Assembly: GCA_965205975.1 (NCBI GenBank)
Contig: OZ242195.1
Location: 4,896,001-4,960,000, forward strand
DNA length: 64,000 nt
Source: Candidatus Latescibacterota bacterium
GTDB taxonomy: Bacteria > Latescibacterota > UBA2968
Direction: 5' to 3'
A program made the translations under genes and the position numbers. The notes under the pieces are model-generated. The model had not been told where the DNA came from and ran no database searches. It worked only from the letters and a program-made list of their open reading frames with translations. Shown one piece after another: positions 48,522 through 61,068 of this stretch; position 1 is the stretch's first letter; the number at the start of each line of letters is the position of its first letter.

Positions 48522-49010
48522 ATGTCTGAACGGTTGGAAGTGAAACTCGGAATATTGCTTCGAGAACGAGGCTGGACCATTGCAGTTGCAGAGACCACAA
48601 CAGGGGGGTTGATTAGTGCCCGCATTGTTTCGGTTCCGGGCAGTTCAGCTTATTACGAGCGGGGGGTTATTGCGTATAGCGCGCTGTCTAAACGCGAGAT
48701 GCTGGGGATAGATGTGCAGGTGATGGATACGTATGGTGCAGTGAGTGCAGAAGCCGCGCGCGCAATGGCTAAAGGTGCGAGAAAGGTGAGTGGTGCAGAT
48801 TTGGGTCTGGCCGAGACCGGGATCGCAGGCCCCATTCGCGGTCGGTCGCCCAAGCCCATCGGTACGGCGTATATCGCAGTTGCCGGTGCAGGAGGTGTGG
48901 TGTGTAGAGATTTTCGATTTGATGGGGATCGCGATGAGATTCGCAATGCGATAGCAGATGCTGCCCTGCAGATGGTGATTGAGGCGGGAAAAAAAGCAAT
49001 TGATAACTGA
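48522..49010 (+). CDS. pncC: CinA C-terminal / NMN deamidase family
   Basis: AVAETTTGG, PGSSAYY, YGAVS, TGIAGP. Confidence 0.8.
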   Translation: MSERLEVKLGILLRERGWTIAVAETTTGGLISARIVSVPGSSAYYERGVIAYSALSKREMLGIDVQVMDTYGAVSAEAARAMAKGARKVSGADLGLAETGIAGPIRGRSPKPIGTAYIAVAGAGGVVCRDFRFDGDRDEIRNAIADAALQMVIEAGKKAIDN

Positions 49011-49090
49011 TAACTTGCTTTTTTGCGCGTTCAGCCGTATTTTCAGTGCCCTGTGCGATGTTCAATAAGTTCTGGGGTTTGGAGGCTTGT

Positions 49091-49441
49091 ATGAGAATTT
49101 CGGAAAAAATCCGCGGGGATGTCGCTGTCTTAACCCTGTCGGGTGAATTGATGAGCGGTCCCGAGGTTGCCCCGTTCCAAGATCATATTAAGAGACTTGC
49201 AAATGAGGGCGTAAAAAAAGTGGTGGTTGATTTTTCCAGGGTGAGATGGTTTGGCAGTGCCATGCTGGGCGTGCTAACGGCGAGTTTGACGACGCTGCGC
49301 GGTGAAGGCGGCGATTTGAGATTGACGGGTGTTACCAGGAAGATTGAAAGTATTTTGATGGTTACTCAGTTGGCAAATATTTTTAAGACCCTGGATACGG
49401 TAGATCGAGCTGTGGAAAGTTTTGCAGATCAGGATGCGTAG
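49091..49441 (+). CDS. STAS anti-sigma-factor antagonist
   Basis: LSGEL, VVVDFSRVRWFGSAMLGVL, GGDLRL. Confidence 0.88.
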   Translation: MRISEKIRGDVAVLTLSGELMSGPEVAPFQDHIKRLANEGVKKVVVDFSRVRWFGSAMLGVLTASLTTLRGEGGDLRLTGVTRKIESILMVTQLANIFKTLDTVDRAVESFADQDA

Positions 49442-49453
49442 AGATTTTTTTAG

Positions 49454-49819
49454 ATGAGAGTCAAAGTTGACATTCGCGACCAGGTTGCGGTTATGACTGT
49501 ATCGGGTACCCTTATGAGTGGTCCTACAGTCGTTCCTTTTCAACACTATGTCGAAGAGGTCATGGCCGATGGTATTACAAATGTCGTGGTCGATTTTTCC
49601 AAGGTGAAGTGGTTTGGCAGTACGATGTTGGGCGTATTAGCGGTCAGCCTGGAGATGTTGAGAAATGCCGGAGGCGACCTCAGGCTGGCCGGTATTGCAA
49701 ATCGGATGGAGAGTTTGATGATGGTCGGAAAGTTGTCGTCGCATTTTCGCACGTTGGAATCCGTTGACGCGGCTATCGAAAGCTTTGTATCCGACCCGCC
49801 GGGGAGACGGGAACTATAA
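49454..49819 (+). CDS. STAS anti-sigma-factor antagonist (paralog)
   Basis: VSGTL, VVVDFSKVKWFGSTMLGVL, GGDLRL. Confidence 0.88.
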   Translation: MRVKVDIRDQVAVMTVSGTLMSGPTVVPFQHYVEEVMADGITNVVVDFSKVKWFGSTMLGVLAVSLEMLRNAGGDLRLAGIANRMESLMMVGKLSSHFRTLESVDAAIESFVSDPPGRREL

Positions 49820-49854
49820 ATCGCCCCAAACTATTATCTATATTTTCGTTTATA

Positions 49855-49893
49855 AAAAAGGGGTGCGATTATATCGCAATCCCTTCTTCTTTT
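49855..49893 (+). terminator. Possible terminator hairpin
   Basis: GGGTGCGAT-tat-ATCGCAATCCC with a T-rich tail. Confidence 0.5.
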
Positions 49894-49951
49894 GGGAAGA
49901 AAATACCGCAAAGTATTTTAGCCCTATCGACCCGGCGATGAGGTTATATCA

Positions 49952-52096
49952 TTGAAAGGAGATACATCTGTGTTGCATCGTATGATTCCCTCAGCACTGA
50001 TTTTTTTATGTGCTTTTGTACAGTGCAGCGAAAAACAACCCTTGCCACCCAAATACACCGGCGACCTTCCGCAATTGCAGGATCGCGGCGTATTGCGGGT
50101 GATTGTCCGTCCAGATCCGATTACCTATATGCCTCGGCAGGCGGATCCAGTGACGCTCAACTACGATATCGCTCGTGGCTTAGCCGAATCACTCAAGCTG
50201 AATCTGGAGATTGTAAAGGTCACAAGTTATTCACAGATGATGGAGAAATTGCTGACAGGCGAGGGCGATATTGTCGCTTCCAGCCTGACAATTACGCCAG
50301 AGCGGGAAGCGCGTGCGGCGTTTTCAGTGCCATATCTCTACGTGGATGAATATCTGGTTACGGCGTCTGGTGACAGTTTGCCCGAGAAGATTGCAGATCT
50401 CGCTGGTATGGCGATCAGCGTGCGGCAGTCCAGTTCGTACTATCAGACCCTGGTCAAAATTCAGCAACAGGTTCCGTCTTTGAACATCCACACTGTACCG
50501 GAAACGCTCAGTATCGAGAACTTGCTGGAAGGGGTTGCAAGCGGCAAATACGCAGCGACTGTATCCGACGCGCATTTGTGGCACGCCTTGTCTGGCTATT
50601 ACGACAGTTTGGTCACGCCGATAGTACTGGCTGAAGATCGTCCACTTGCCCTGATGATGCGCCCAAACGATGCAAAGCTCAAGGTTGCGGTGGATGAGTA
50701 TTTGCTGGCGCATCAATTTACGCGGCATCGTCAGCAGGAATTTACCGATGATTTGCCCGGTTTGAAGGAACGCCGCCGGTTGCGGATGATTACGCGCAAT
50801 AATGCGATGACTTATTTTATCTATCGGGGAAAGCAGGTGGGGTTCGAATACGAACTTATGAAGCGGTTTGCCTCGGAACACGGCCTGCGTCTCGAAATTG
50901 TCATTCCGGACAGTCATGCCGAACTGTTGCCGTATTTGAATGAAGGCAAGGGCGATGTCGTGGCGTCGGCAATGACTATTACTGAGGAACGGCAAGAGCA
51001 GGCGGCATTTACGCAACCGTATAAGGAAGTGAATGAACTGGTGGTGGTGCATGCGGATGACGATTCGATTGCCAGTCTTCAGGATCTGGCTGGGCGGACG
51101 ATACATGTGCGTGCCAGTTCTTCGTTTTATACGACGCTGATGGCGTTGCGGGATTCCATCAAAGGTCTTGAGATTGCGATAGTGCCCGATGACGTAGAAA
51201 CCGAAGATATTTTAGCCGGAGTTGAAGAGGGTATTTATGACCTCACGATGTGCGATTCCCATTTGTTCGATATAGAACGCGCGTATGGTCGCCGCCTCAA
51301 AGCCGCTTTGAGTATAAAGCCCACGGCACTGGGCTGGGCGGTTCGCAAGGACAATTCAGAGTTGCTGGCGGCATTGAACGAATATATAAAAGAAGAAAAA
51401 GGCGGCTTGTTTTTTAATATGATGAAAAAGAGGTATTTTAAGAGCACGCGCGCCGTTGCCAGAGCCAAAGATTCAATGCGGGTCGGGTTGAGCGGACAGT
51501 TGTCGCCTTATGATGATCTGACAAAAAAATACGCCTCTCAATACGGGCAGGACTGGCGTCTGATTACCGCACAGATGTACCAGGAATCCAGATTCGATCC
51601 AGAGGCCGTTAGTTGGGTCGGCGCGCAGGGGCTGATGCAGGTGATGCCGAGTACGGGAGAGGAGTTGGGATTCACCGATCTTCATGAACCCCAGGAGAGC
51701 ATTCACGCCGGGGTCAAGTATATGCGTCAGCTTATCAATCGGTTTGATCACAATCTGCCGATGGAAGTGCGGATTCGCTTTGCTCTGGCTTCTTATAATG
51801 TGGGATACGGCCATGTGCTCGACGCCCGCCGCCTGGCGCGAGAAATGGGATGGGATTCCAACCGCTGGTTTGGCAACGTGGAAAAGGCGATGCGATTGTT
51901 GTCCCAACCGGACTATTACGAGCGGGCGCGATACGGTTTCTGCCGTGGCGGCCAGCCCGTGCATTATGTCGAAAATATTCAGCGTTTCTACGATGCTTAT
52001 GTCGAAGTACTCAATACGGCGATACCCGTGAAGGTGACACAACCGCTTAGTTCGGGCTTCGTCGGACCTCCGTCCGTTGCAGAAGACCGTCGCTGA
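49952..52096 (+). CDS. mltF: MltF-like lytic transglycosylase with two solute-binding domains
   Basis: Two SBP3-like repeats (GEGDIVA/GKGDVVA), YQESRF, GLMQV, ASYNVG. Confidence 0.85.
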   Translation: MKGDTSVLHRMIPSALIFLCAFVQCSEKQPLPPKYTGDLPQLQDRGVLRVIVRPDPITYMPRQADPVTLNYDIARGLAESLKLNLEIVKVTSYSQMMEKLLTGEGDIVASSLTITPEREARAAFSVPYLYVDEYLVTASGDSLPEKIADLAGMAISVRQSSSYYQTLVKIQQQVPSLNIHTVPETLSIENLLEGVASGKYAATVSDAHLWHALSGYYDSLVTPIVLAEDRPLALMMRPNDAKLKVAVDEYLLAHQFTRHRQQEFTDDLPGLKERRRLRMITRNNAMTYFIYRGKQVGFEYELMKRFASEHGLRLEIVIPDSHAELLPYLNEGKGDVVASAMTITEERQEQAAFTQPYKEVNELVVVHADDDSIASLQDLAGRTIHVRASSSFYTTLMALRDSIKGLEIAIVPDDVETEDILAGVEEGIYDLTMCDSHLFDIERAYGRRLKAALSIKPTALGWAVRKDNSELLAALNEYIKEEKGGLFFNMMKKRYFKSTRAVARAKDSMRVGLSGQLSPYDDLTKKYASQYGQDWRLITAQMYQESRFDPEAVSWVGAQGLMQVMPSTGEELGFTDLHEPQESIHAGVKYMRQLINRFDHNLPMEVRIRFALASYNVGYGHVLDARRLAREMGWDSNRWFGNVEKAMRLLSQPDYYERARYGFCRGGQPVHYVENIQRFYDAYVEVLNTAIPVKVTQPLSSGFVGPPSVAEDRR

Positions 52097-52154
52097 GTTA
52101 TAATAACCAATGGTGAGGTTATCTGTTATTGAGCGACCATATAGAATTGCAATC

Positions 52155-52198
52155 GTCATTGCGGCCTGATTTTGAGCCGCGATTCAGAGGGGCAATCT
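52155..52198. repeat. GTCATTGCG...GCAATC REP-like palindrome
   Basis: ATTGCGGC...GCCGCGAT stem between convergent mltF and methyltransferase. Confidence 0.5.
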
Positions 52199-54371
52199 AA
52201 ACCTGACTTCCCTCTTTGTTAGTCAGGTATTTCTCTATTTCCTCAAAGAGCAGGAGTTGTTCCTGCTCTTTGACTTTATAACGTACTTTACCTTTTGCAG
52301 ACATCACTTGATTGACGTAATCATCAAGTCGTTGCTCCAGTTCTGTAAAAAGCCTCTCCTCTTGTTCAATATTCCCTATTTTATGGGCTTCGCATAGAAA
52401 GCATCCCATCAGGATGACTTTCGCATCGCCGAGGGACATCTTAATACCGGCTGATTTCAGATTCAATGCTTGTTCCTTAGCTTTCTCAATCGCAGGATGA
52501 TGTGAATAATTTGTCTGGCCGTTTACAGTCTTGTTTTGATCTTTACGACATACGAGAATGAGGTCTAAGTGAATCGGTGATGCGGCCTGTTGTAGAGGCA
52601 TTGACACCGACATCTCGGCCTTTATCGGATAGACTTGTGTACAGATAAGTCCAGCCTGTCTGATTGCGCGATGAATAGAGGTCCAGCCTTCGTGTCGTGA
52701 ATGGTGATAAGTAAAAACAAACAGGCCTTTGTCGCGGAGGATGCGGTTACACTCAGCAAAAACCGAAGTGAGTTTGTTTGTGAAGCGTTCGGGATGAGTG
52801 TCCTGCACCTCGCTTACACACCTTGTAGTCTTTTTAGAGGAAAATTCTAGTGCTTGATTGAGCCAATAATAGAAGAAGTCAGCGAGTTGTGAATAGTGAA
52901 CATTATCAAAAAAAGGTGGGTCCGTCACGACAAGGTCAACACTTTTGTCAGGAATATCCAGGCAACTGGAATCGCCAGAGGTGAGATAGACCATGTTTGG
53001 CTGTGCAGCGAATTGCGCGAAAGTGCCTGCCATCTGTACAGAGACGGGATGATTGATACCGCTGACCTTTGTGCTCTTTGATGAATTAATCTGTAATTCA
53101 GACGGATCGGACTTATAGGCGAGTGCCTTCTCAACTCGAGAACGAAACAATCCCGAAAATGCTCCTGAAGATTTGCTGGTTCCCCAAATATTTGCTTCAA
53201 GGGGCATCGCTTCTGGCTTCAAAACGTGATGGGAAAACATGTGTCGCACAGCTCCTGTGCCTTCTCCCTTAAAAGACGTAAACAAATTGTTGAATTCTAA
53301 AGTCCCAGAGAAGAGGCAGGCAAATAGACGTTTCAAATCTGGGTCTTCAATACCTTTGATTGCCTTGAGAAGATGGTTGATACAGACAAGTTGCCTATCA
53401 GAGAAAAGTTCGTGCCAGTGACGATAGTTGTGATTTAACATCTGGTCTGTGTTGTAGCCTGGCTCAATAGCTACGACCGGAAAATTGTTTGAGATTGCAG
53501 CGCACTCTTCTGCTACCTGGCGTTCAAGCTCTCTATCGAATTCGTTTATCGGCTCATAGAGTTTCTCTCCATCTTTTGTCAGAAGCATCTTTGCATACCG
53601 GCGAAAGGACAAAGGACCCTCAGTGGTTTTCATCCTGTCAATCAGGCGGAAAGTGTGCTGACAGCCATCACAATGAACCACCGCGCCTCTGATATTTCCT
53701 TTTTGAGGGTTGTATTCAAGTGAACATGCTGAACATCGGACGCAATCGGCGTCGTAAACTGTAAAATTGATAGTATCACAGGCCGGACAGAGCGTGCGTG
53801 CAGAGGGGTCTTTGCGGGGGATGGCATTCTTGGAGAAAACCCGTGTTTTGAAAAGGTCAATCTTTTTTTGACATTTCGGACAAGAGACTACTTTGACGAG
53901 AAAATAGTACAAAACGGTCGCATCCTGCCCCGTATTTGTTTTGGTTTGGAAATAGCTGAGGAGTTTTGAGGCGAGAGACTGCTCTAAATGTCGGTAAGTA
54001 GAGAGAACTTCTGCGGCTGCGTATTGGGAAAACGCAGCGCGACAGGCGATGTATGAGACCGGATTTATATCTCGACCTGCGGCTTTGCAGCCGAGTTTCA
54101 CAGCTTCACCAACCGCGACCCCACTTCCCATGAAGGGATCGAAGACGATGGTACTATCAAAATTATTCCTGTTGTAGAAACGATCCCAGAAATCCTCAGA
54201 ATCCTCTAAACACGCGCCTAATACGATTCCGCGGAAAACTGAGCCGAGCCGCCGTGCCCACCACTTGTGGAGATAGTAGATAGGCCGATGGACCTCCTTG
54301 CGCCAGGATTCCCGCTCAGCAATAAGCGAGAGTTCTGCAAATGGAAAGTCTTTCTCTATGAGTTTTGGCAT
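52197..54371 (-). CDS. Zn-ribbon DUF1156-like amino (m6A/m4C) DNA methyltransferase
   Basis: LHKWWARR, FDPFMGSG, four CxxC pairs, TDPPF; start at ATG 54371. Confidence 0.88.
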   Translation of the reverse strand: MPKLIEKDFPFAELSLIAERESWRKEVHRPIYYLHKWWARRLGSVFRGIVLGACLEDSEDFWDRFYNRNNFDSTIVFDPFMGSGVAVGEAVKLGCKAAGRDINPVSYIACRAAFSQYAAAEVLSTYRHLEQSLASKLLSYFQTKTNTGQDATVLYYFLVKVVSCPKCQKKIDLFKTRVFSKNAIPRKDPSARTLCPACDTINFTVYDADCVRCSACSLEYNPQKGNIRGAVVHCDGCQHTFRLIDRMKTTEGPLSFRRYAKMLLTKDGEKLYEPINEFDRELERQVAEECAAISNNFPVVAIEPGYNTDQMLNHNYRHWHELFSDRQLVCINHLLKAIKGIEDPDLKRLFACLFSGTLEFNNLFTSFKGEGTGAVRHMFSHHVLKPEAMPLEANIWGTSKSSGAFSGLFRSRVEKALAYKSDPSELQINSSKSTKVSGINHPVSVQMAGTFAQFAAQPNMVYLTSGDSSCLDIPDKSVDLVVTDPPFFDNVHYSQLADFFYYWLNQALEFSSKKTTRCVSEVQDTHPERFTNKLTSVFAECNRILRDKGLFVFTYHHSRHEGWTSIHRAIRQAGLICTQVYPIKAEMSVSMPLQQAASPIHLDLILVCRKDQNKTVNGQTNYSHHPAIEKAKEQALNLKSAGIKMSLGDAKVILMGCFLCEAHKIGNIEQEERLFTELEQRLDDYVNQVMSAKGKVRYKVKEQEQLLLFEEIEKYLTNKEGSQV

Positions 54372-54376
54372 GAGGA

Positions 54377-55216
54377 TTATTCTGGCAGTTGAGGCATGGC
54401 TGCCGTACGCTCTCTTGGGCGACGGGCCTTGCACGCTCGAAAAATGTCCCGACGAACTGGCAATTGGTCAAGCGGAAGTGGCTGGCTTGCAGGGTTGTCA
54501 ATCACGACGTAATGGAAGGAATTTTGGTACTTGTCATCTCTGATAATGAAGTCAGTGCATTTTGCTGCGTGTGTAGCGAGATATGACAAGTCATGCTGTT
54601 TGATCACAAGTATGTGGCGAAGATAAAAGAAATTCAGTTTGTAATTCAGTGGATTTGGATATGTGTACATTCGTCGATGCCGAACAGAGCCTTCACCATA
54701 CGGACCATGACCGTACTCGCTTTGATTAGCATACTTTGCATCCTTGTGCAGATCGAAGTCGTAGTTGAGGAAATCACCATCCATCAGAATGGAAGTTGCC
54801 ATTGAGGAACTGTCGTTTCGTAGTAAGGCAAATAAGTAGAAGCAAGGAACTTCCACAGTATCTCGTCCGACCTTGATAAGTGTCTTCCCGCATGGAAGAC
54901 TGCTATTGTAATCAATTGTTAGACCTCTTGGATCTGCTCCGTTGGCCCGCTGAATAAGTTTTTTTACTTCGAGCCCCAGAATCGAGTTGCTCGGTCTATG
55001 TCGCAGCACGATATCGGGCGTTGTCAGCTTTCCAGCGTGAAACACTTCAATATCGGGAAGGGCTTTCTTGATCTCATCACCGACCCAAGAATCGAACGGA
55101 TCGTCTTGAACTGTGCCAATTAACGACGGAGGCCGCAGAGAAATTGGGATTACGCCTTGCTGTATCTTCGCAGAAAATTCTGTGTATATTTTTTCAACGA
55201 TCTGTATGGGATTCAT
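54377..55216 (-). CDS. Putative PD-(D/E)xK restriction endonuclease
   Basis: TPDIVL...GLEVKK...YNSSLP; 5 nt upstream of the methyltransferase. Confidence 0.65.
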   Translation of the reverse strand: MNPIQIVEKIYTEFSAKIQQGVIPISLRPPSLIGTVQDDPFDSWVGDEIKKALPDIEVFHAGKLTTPDIVLRHRPSNSILGLEVKKLIQRANGADPRGLTIDYNSSLPCGKTLIKVGRDTVEVPCFYLFALLRNDSSSMATSILMDGDFLNYDFDLHKDAKYANQSEYGHGPYGEGSVRHRRMYTYPNPLNYKLNFFYLRHILVIKQHDLSYLATHAAKCTDFIIRDDKYQNSFHYVVIDNPASQPLPLDQLPVRRDIFRACKARRPRERTAAMPQLPE

Positions 55217-55252
55217 CTTTGTTTAATATATGGAGAGCCTAACAATTATCAC

Positions 55253-55987
55253 TCATAATCGGCACTCCTTTATATCCTCTGGAAGTTGCTTGATTTTTCC
55301 GAATTTTAAGTGTCTCACAAATATTTTGCCGTGAAGTTTTGGCGTCTTGTTAGAATTACCGTTAATGACGTGGTACTGAATTGCTTCCGTAATCAGACGG
55401 TCATCTAATAAGGGTTCCACTGCGAATCTGGCAATTTTCAGATAATGGGTGGTAGTGCCAAAAAAGAGATAAATGGACCGAATCTCATTTGAAATCACAT
55501 AATTTCTGAGAAATGTCGGAAAGGTTGCCTTCCATATCTTGTATGCAGGTTGGTCTGACATCTTCAGATTGTAATCCTGTATGTCACTCCCCGGATGTAA
55601 TGGCCCGTAAAGTGCTGACAGAATGAGAACATGACGATTGCATTGGTTTCTTGACGGGTTTCTGTCACCCGCTAATGTCTTTGGAACACTTTCGTATAGT
55701 GTTCCCTTATATCTCTCTATCGCCGAGAGATACCGTCCAGAAGTGCAGTGTCCACCAAAATCCGGACCAGGATGCACATCTCGGTTCTTTTCATATTGGC
55801 CAGACAAATACTTTTCACATTGGCTAATGTACGATAAGACATCTTGTCTTGCTTCGAGTATGTCGGAATAGACAGAATGCGAAACCAGATTAGATAAAGG
55901 TTCGGTCGTTGCCGCTGGACCGCGTCCCTTAGGCTGCTTCTTTGCACAGCAGGGTATCAGAAGAAGCTCTCTTTGAAATGATGACAA
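55253..55987 (-). CDS. YaaA/DUF328- or DUF6884-like protein
   Basis: LLIPCCAKK, AIERYKGTLY, LILSALYG, IQDYNLKM; TTG start after GAGGAGG. Confidence 0.65.
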   Translation of the reverse strand: MSSFQRELLLIPCCAKKQPKGRGPAATTEPLSNLVSHSVYSDILEARQDVLSYISQCEKYLSGQYEKNRDVHPGPDFGGHCTSGRYLSAIERYKGTLYESVPKTLAGDRNPSRNQCNRHVLILSALYGPLHPGSDIQDYNLKMSDQPAYKIWKATFPTFLRNYVISNEIRSIYLFFGTTTHYLKIARFAVEPLLDDRLITEAIQYHVINGNSNKTPKLHGKIFVRHLKFGKIKQLPEDIKECRL

Positions 55988-56046
55988 ATCCCCTCCTCTA
56001 TCAGATTTTTTCGAGAGCTGGACTATCAAGGATATGCAGTTTCACG

Positions 56047-59255
<3,209 letters not shown>

Positions 59256-59258
59256 TCC

Positions 59259-59465
59259 ATGCTACTTACAGTGAATGGTCAAGAGCAATCAGTGGATGAT
59301 GCATCAACGCTGCTCGATTTGCTGATTGAGATGAATTTTAATGCCGAACAAAAGGGTATTGCCGTGGCTGTAAATGCCGAGGTTATAGCGCGGGCGATGT
59401 GGTCAGATATGCGGTTGCACAATGGTGATCGGGTGGATATTATTCATGCGGTTCAGGGGGGGTAG
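59259..59465 (+). CDS. thiS: Sulfur carrier ThiS
   Basis: VNG, AVAVN, C-terminal GG. Confidence 0.95.
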   Translation: MLLTVNGQEQSVDDASTLLDLLIEMNFNAEQKGIAVAVNAEVIARAMWSDMRLHNGDRVDIIHAVQGG

Positions 59466-59466
59466 G

Positions 59467-59548
59467 GAAGTGTGAAGTGTGAAGTATGAGATGAAGTACC
59501 AGCCTTTTGGGGGTAGCGGGGCCTTCTTACTTCACACTTCTTACTTTT
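59467..59548. repeat. Inverted 7-nt tandem-repeat element
   Basis: (GAAGTGT)n left arm; CTTCTTA/CTTCACA right arm. Confidence 0.8.
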
Positions 59549-59560
59549 TTTGAGGATATT

Positions 59561-60337
59561 ATGACAGGCGATTTTAAGATGGCAGGCGTAACATATCGTT
59601 CACGGCTGTTGATAGGCACTGCGCATTATCCCAATATGCAGGTGATGTTGAAGTCCGTGGAAGCCAGTGGCGCAGAGATTGTAACGGTGGGCATTCGGCG
59701 GCTCAATATGAATGACGAATCTGGCGAGGGTGTTCTCGATTTACTCGACCGGTCGCGGTACACCATTTTGCCAAATACGGCCGGATGTTTTACAGCTCAA
59801 GACGCGGTGCTTACTGCGCGGTTGGCCCGCGAAGCGCTGAAAACCGATCTGATTAAGTTAGAGGTGATTGGCGATGAACGCACTTTGTTTCCTGATGTGG
59901 TGGGATTGCTACAAGCAGCCGAGACACTCGTGAACGATGGGTTTACTGTGTTGCCCTATTGTAATGATGATCCAATTACCTGCAAAAAGCTGGAAGATTT
60001 GGGGTGTGCTGCGGTGATGCCTCTGGGGGCACCCATTGGTTCGGGAATGGGGATTCGCAATCCGTACAATATTCAGATTATTCTGGATTCGGTCAATGTG
60101 CCGGTTATTGTCGATGCGGGGGTGGGGACCGCATCGGATGCTGCTCTGGCGATGGAATTGGGTTGCGATGGTGTGTTGTTGAATACGGCGGTGGCAGGTG
60201 CTCGGCATCCGGTGAAGATGGCGATGGCAATGAAGAAGGGAGTTGAAGCCGGGCGGTTAGCTTTTGAAGCCGGGCGGATTCCGAGAAAGCTGTACGCAAC
60301 GGCTTCGACGGCGATGGAAGGACGGGTGGAAGTGTGA
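59561..60337 (+). CDS. thiG: Thiazole synthase
   Basis: [36 protein letters not shown]. Confidence 0.97.
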   Translation: MTGDFKMAGVTYRSRLLIGTAHYPNMQVMLKSVEASGAEIVTVGIRRLNMNDESGEGVLDLLDRSRYTILPNTAGCFTAQDAVLTARLAREALKTDLIKLEVIGDERTLFPDVVGLLQAAETLVNDGFTVLPYCNDDPITCKKLEDLGCAAVMPLGAPIGSGMGIRNPYNIQIILDSVNVPVIVDAGVGTASDAALAMELGCDGVLLNTAVAGARHPVKMAMAMKKGVEAGRLAFEAGRIPRKLYATASTAMEGRVEV

Positions 60338-60445
60338 TCCGCAGAAAAAAACGCGAATAATTTGAGCGTTTTTCGCAGATGAACGCAGATAAAAAAGAAG
60401 GGCTGGGGTGTGCGGGCTGACCGCTGGCTACTGACTACTGACTGC
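60335..60445 (+). repeat. Composite repeat (CGCAGATGAA units plus CTGACTA heptamers)
   Basis: TGATCCGCAGA...CGCAGATGAACGCAGATAAAAAAGAAGGG...CTGACCG CTGGCTA CTGACTA CTGACTG. Confidence 0.75.
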
Positions 60446-60453
60446 AAAATGTT

Positions 60454-61068
60454 ATGCTTTCTCTACCTCCTCTCTATCTGATTGTCGATCGGGCAACGTG
60501 CGGTGATCGACCAATGCTGAATGTGCTCGCGCGTGCGCTGGATGCGGGGGTGCGGCTGGTGCAGTTGCGGGAAAAAGCACTGGATAGAGATGTATTAGAA
60601 GCTCTGGCTGAGCAGGTGTTGTCGCTGACAGCGCGTTATGATGCGATGCTGTTGATTAATGCAGCAGTAGATATTGCCGTGAAGATCGGCGCGCAGGGTG
60701 TGCATTTGCCAGGTGGTGCATTGCCGCATGCGGTTCGAGATCGGGTCGAGCCGTCATTTTTAATTGGTTATTCCGCGCATACCCATGCGGAATTAGATTG
60801 CGCTGATGGGGCAGATTTTGTGACTTATAGCCCCATTTTTACGCCGGGGTCCAAGCCCGGGTATGATGGCGTGGAAGTAGGGCTTGCGGGATTGGCAAAT
60901 GCGGTGAAGCACTCTCGCTTGCCCGTTTACGCGCTGGGGGGGATTACGCCTGATCGCGCAGCCAAATGTCGCGCGACGGGATGTGCAGGTGTCGCGGTAA
61001 TGTCGGGTATTTTGGCTGCGAAAGATCCGGCCAGGGCGGTATGTGAATTTTTGAAGGCATGGGAATGA
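60454..61068 (+). CDS. tenI: ThiE paralog, probably TenI-like thiazole tautomerase
   Basis: QLREK present, but INAAVD replaces NDxxD and GVHLPG replaces GVHLGQ; SAH motif; ThiO pathway context. Confidence 0.6.
   Translation: MLSLPPLYLIVDRATCGDRPMLNVLARALDAGVRLVQLREKALDRDVLEALAEQVLSLTARYDAMLLINAAVDIAVKIGAQGVHLPGGALPHAVRDRVEPSFLIGYSAHTHAELDCADGADFVTYSPIFTPGSKPGYDGVEVGLAGLANAVKHSRLPVYALGGITPDRAAKCRATGCAGVAVMSGILAAKDPARAVCEFLKAWE

Noticed and set aside
49000..49018. TGATAAC x2 at the pncC stop as another repeat element
   Set aside because: Only two units and no partner arm; too short to support
52197..54371. Complete DUF499/SNF2 or BREX-like system
   Set aside because: No ATPase, helicase or PglZ gene is adjacent
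54372..54434. Longer methyltransferase start overlapping the nuclease
   Set aside because: MPKLIEKDFP is the family-like N-terminus, giving a 5-nt gap instead of an overlap
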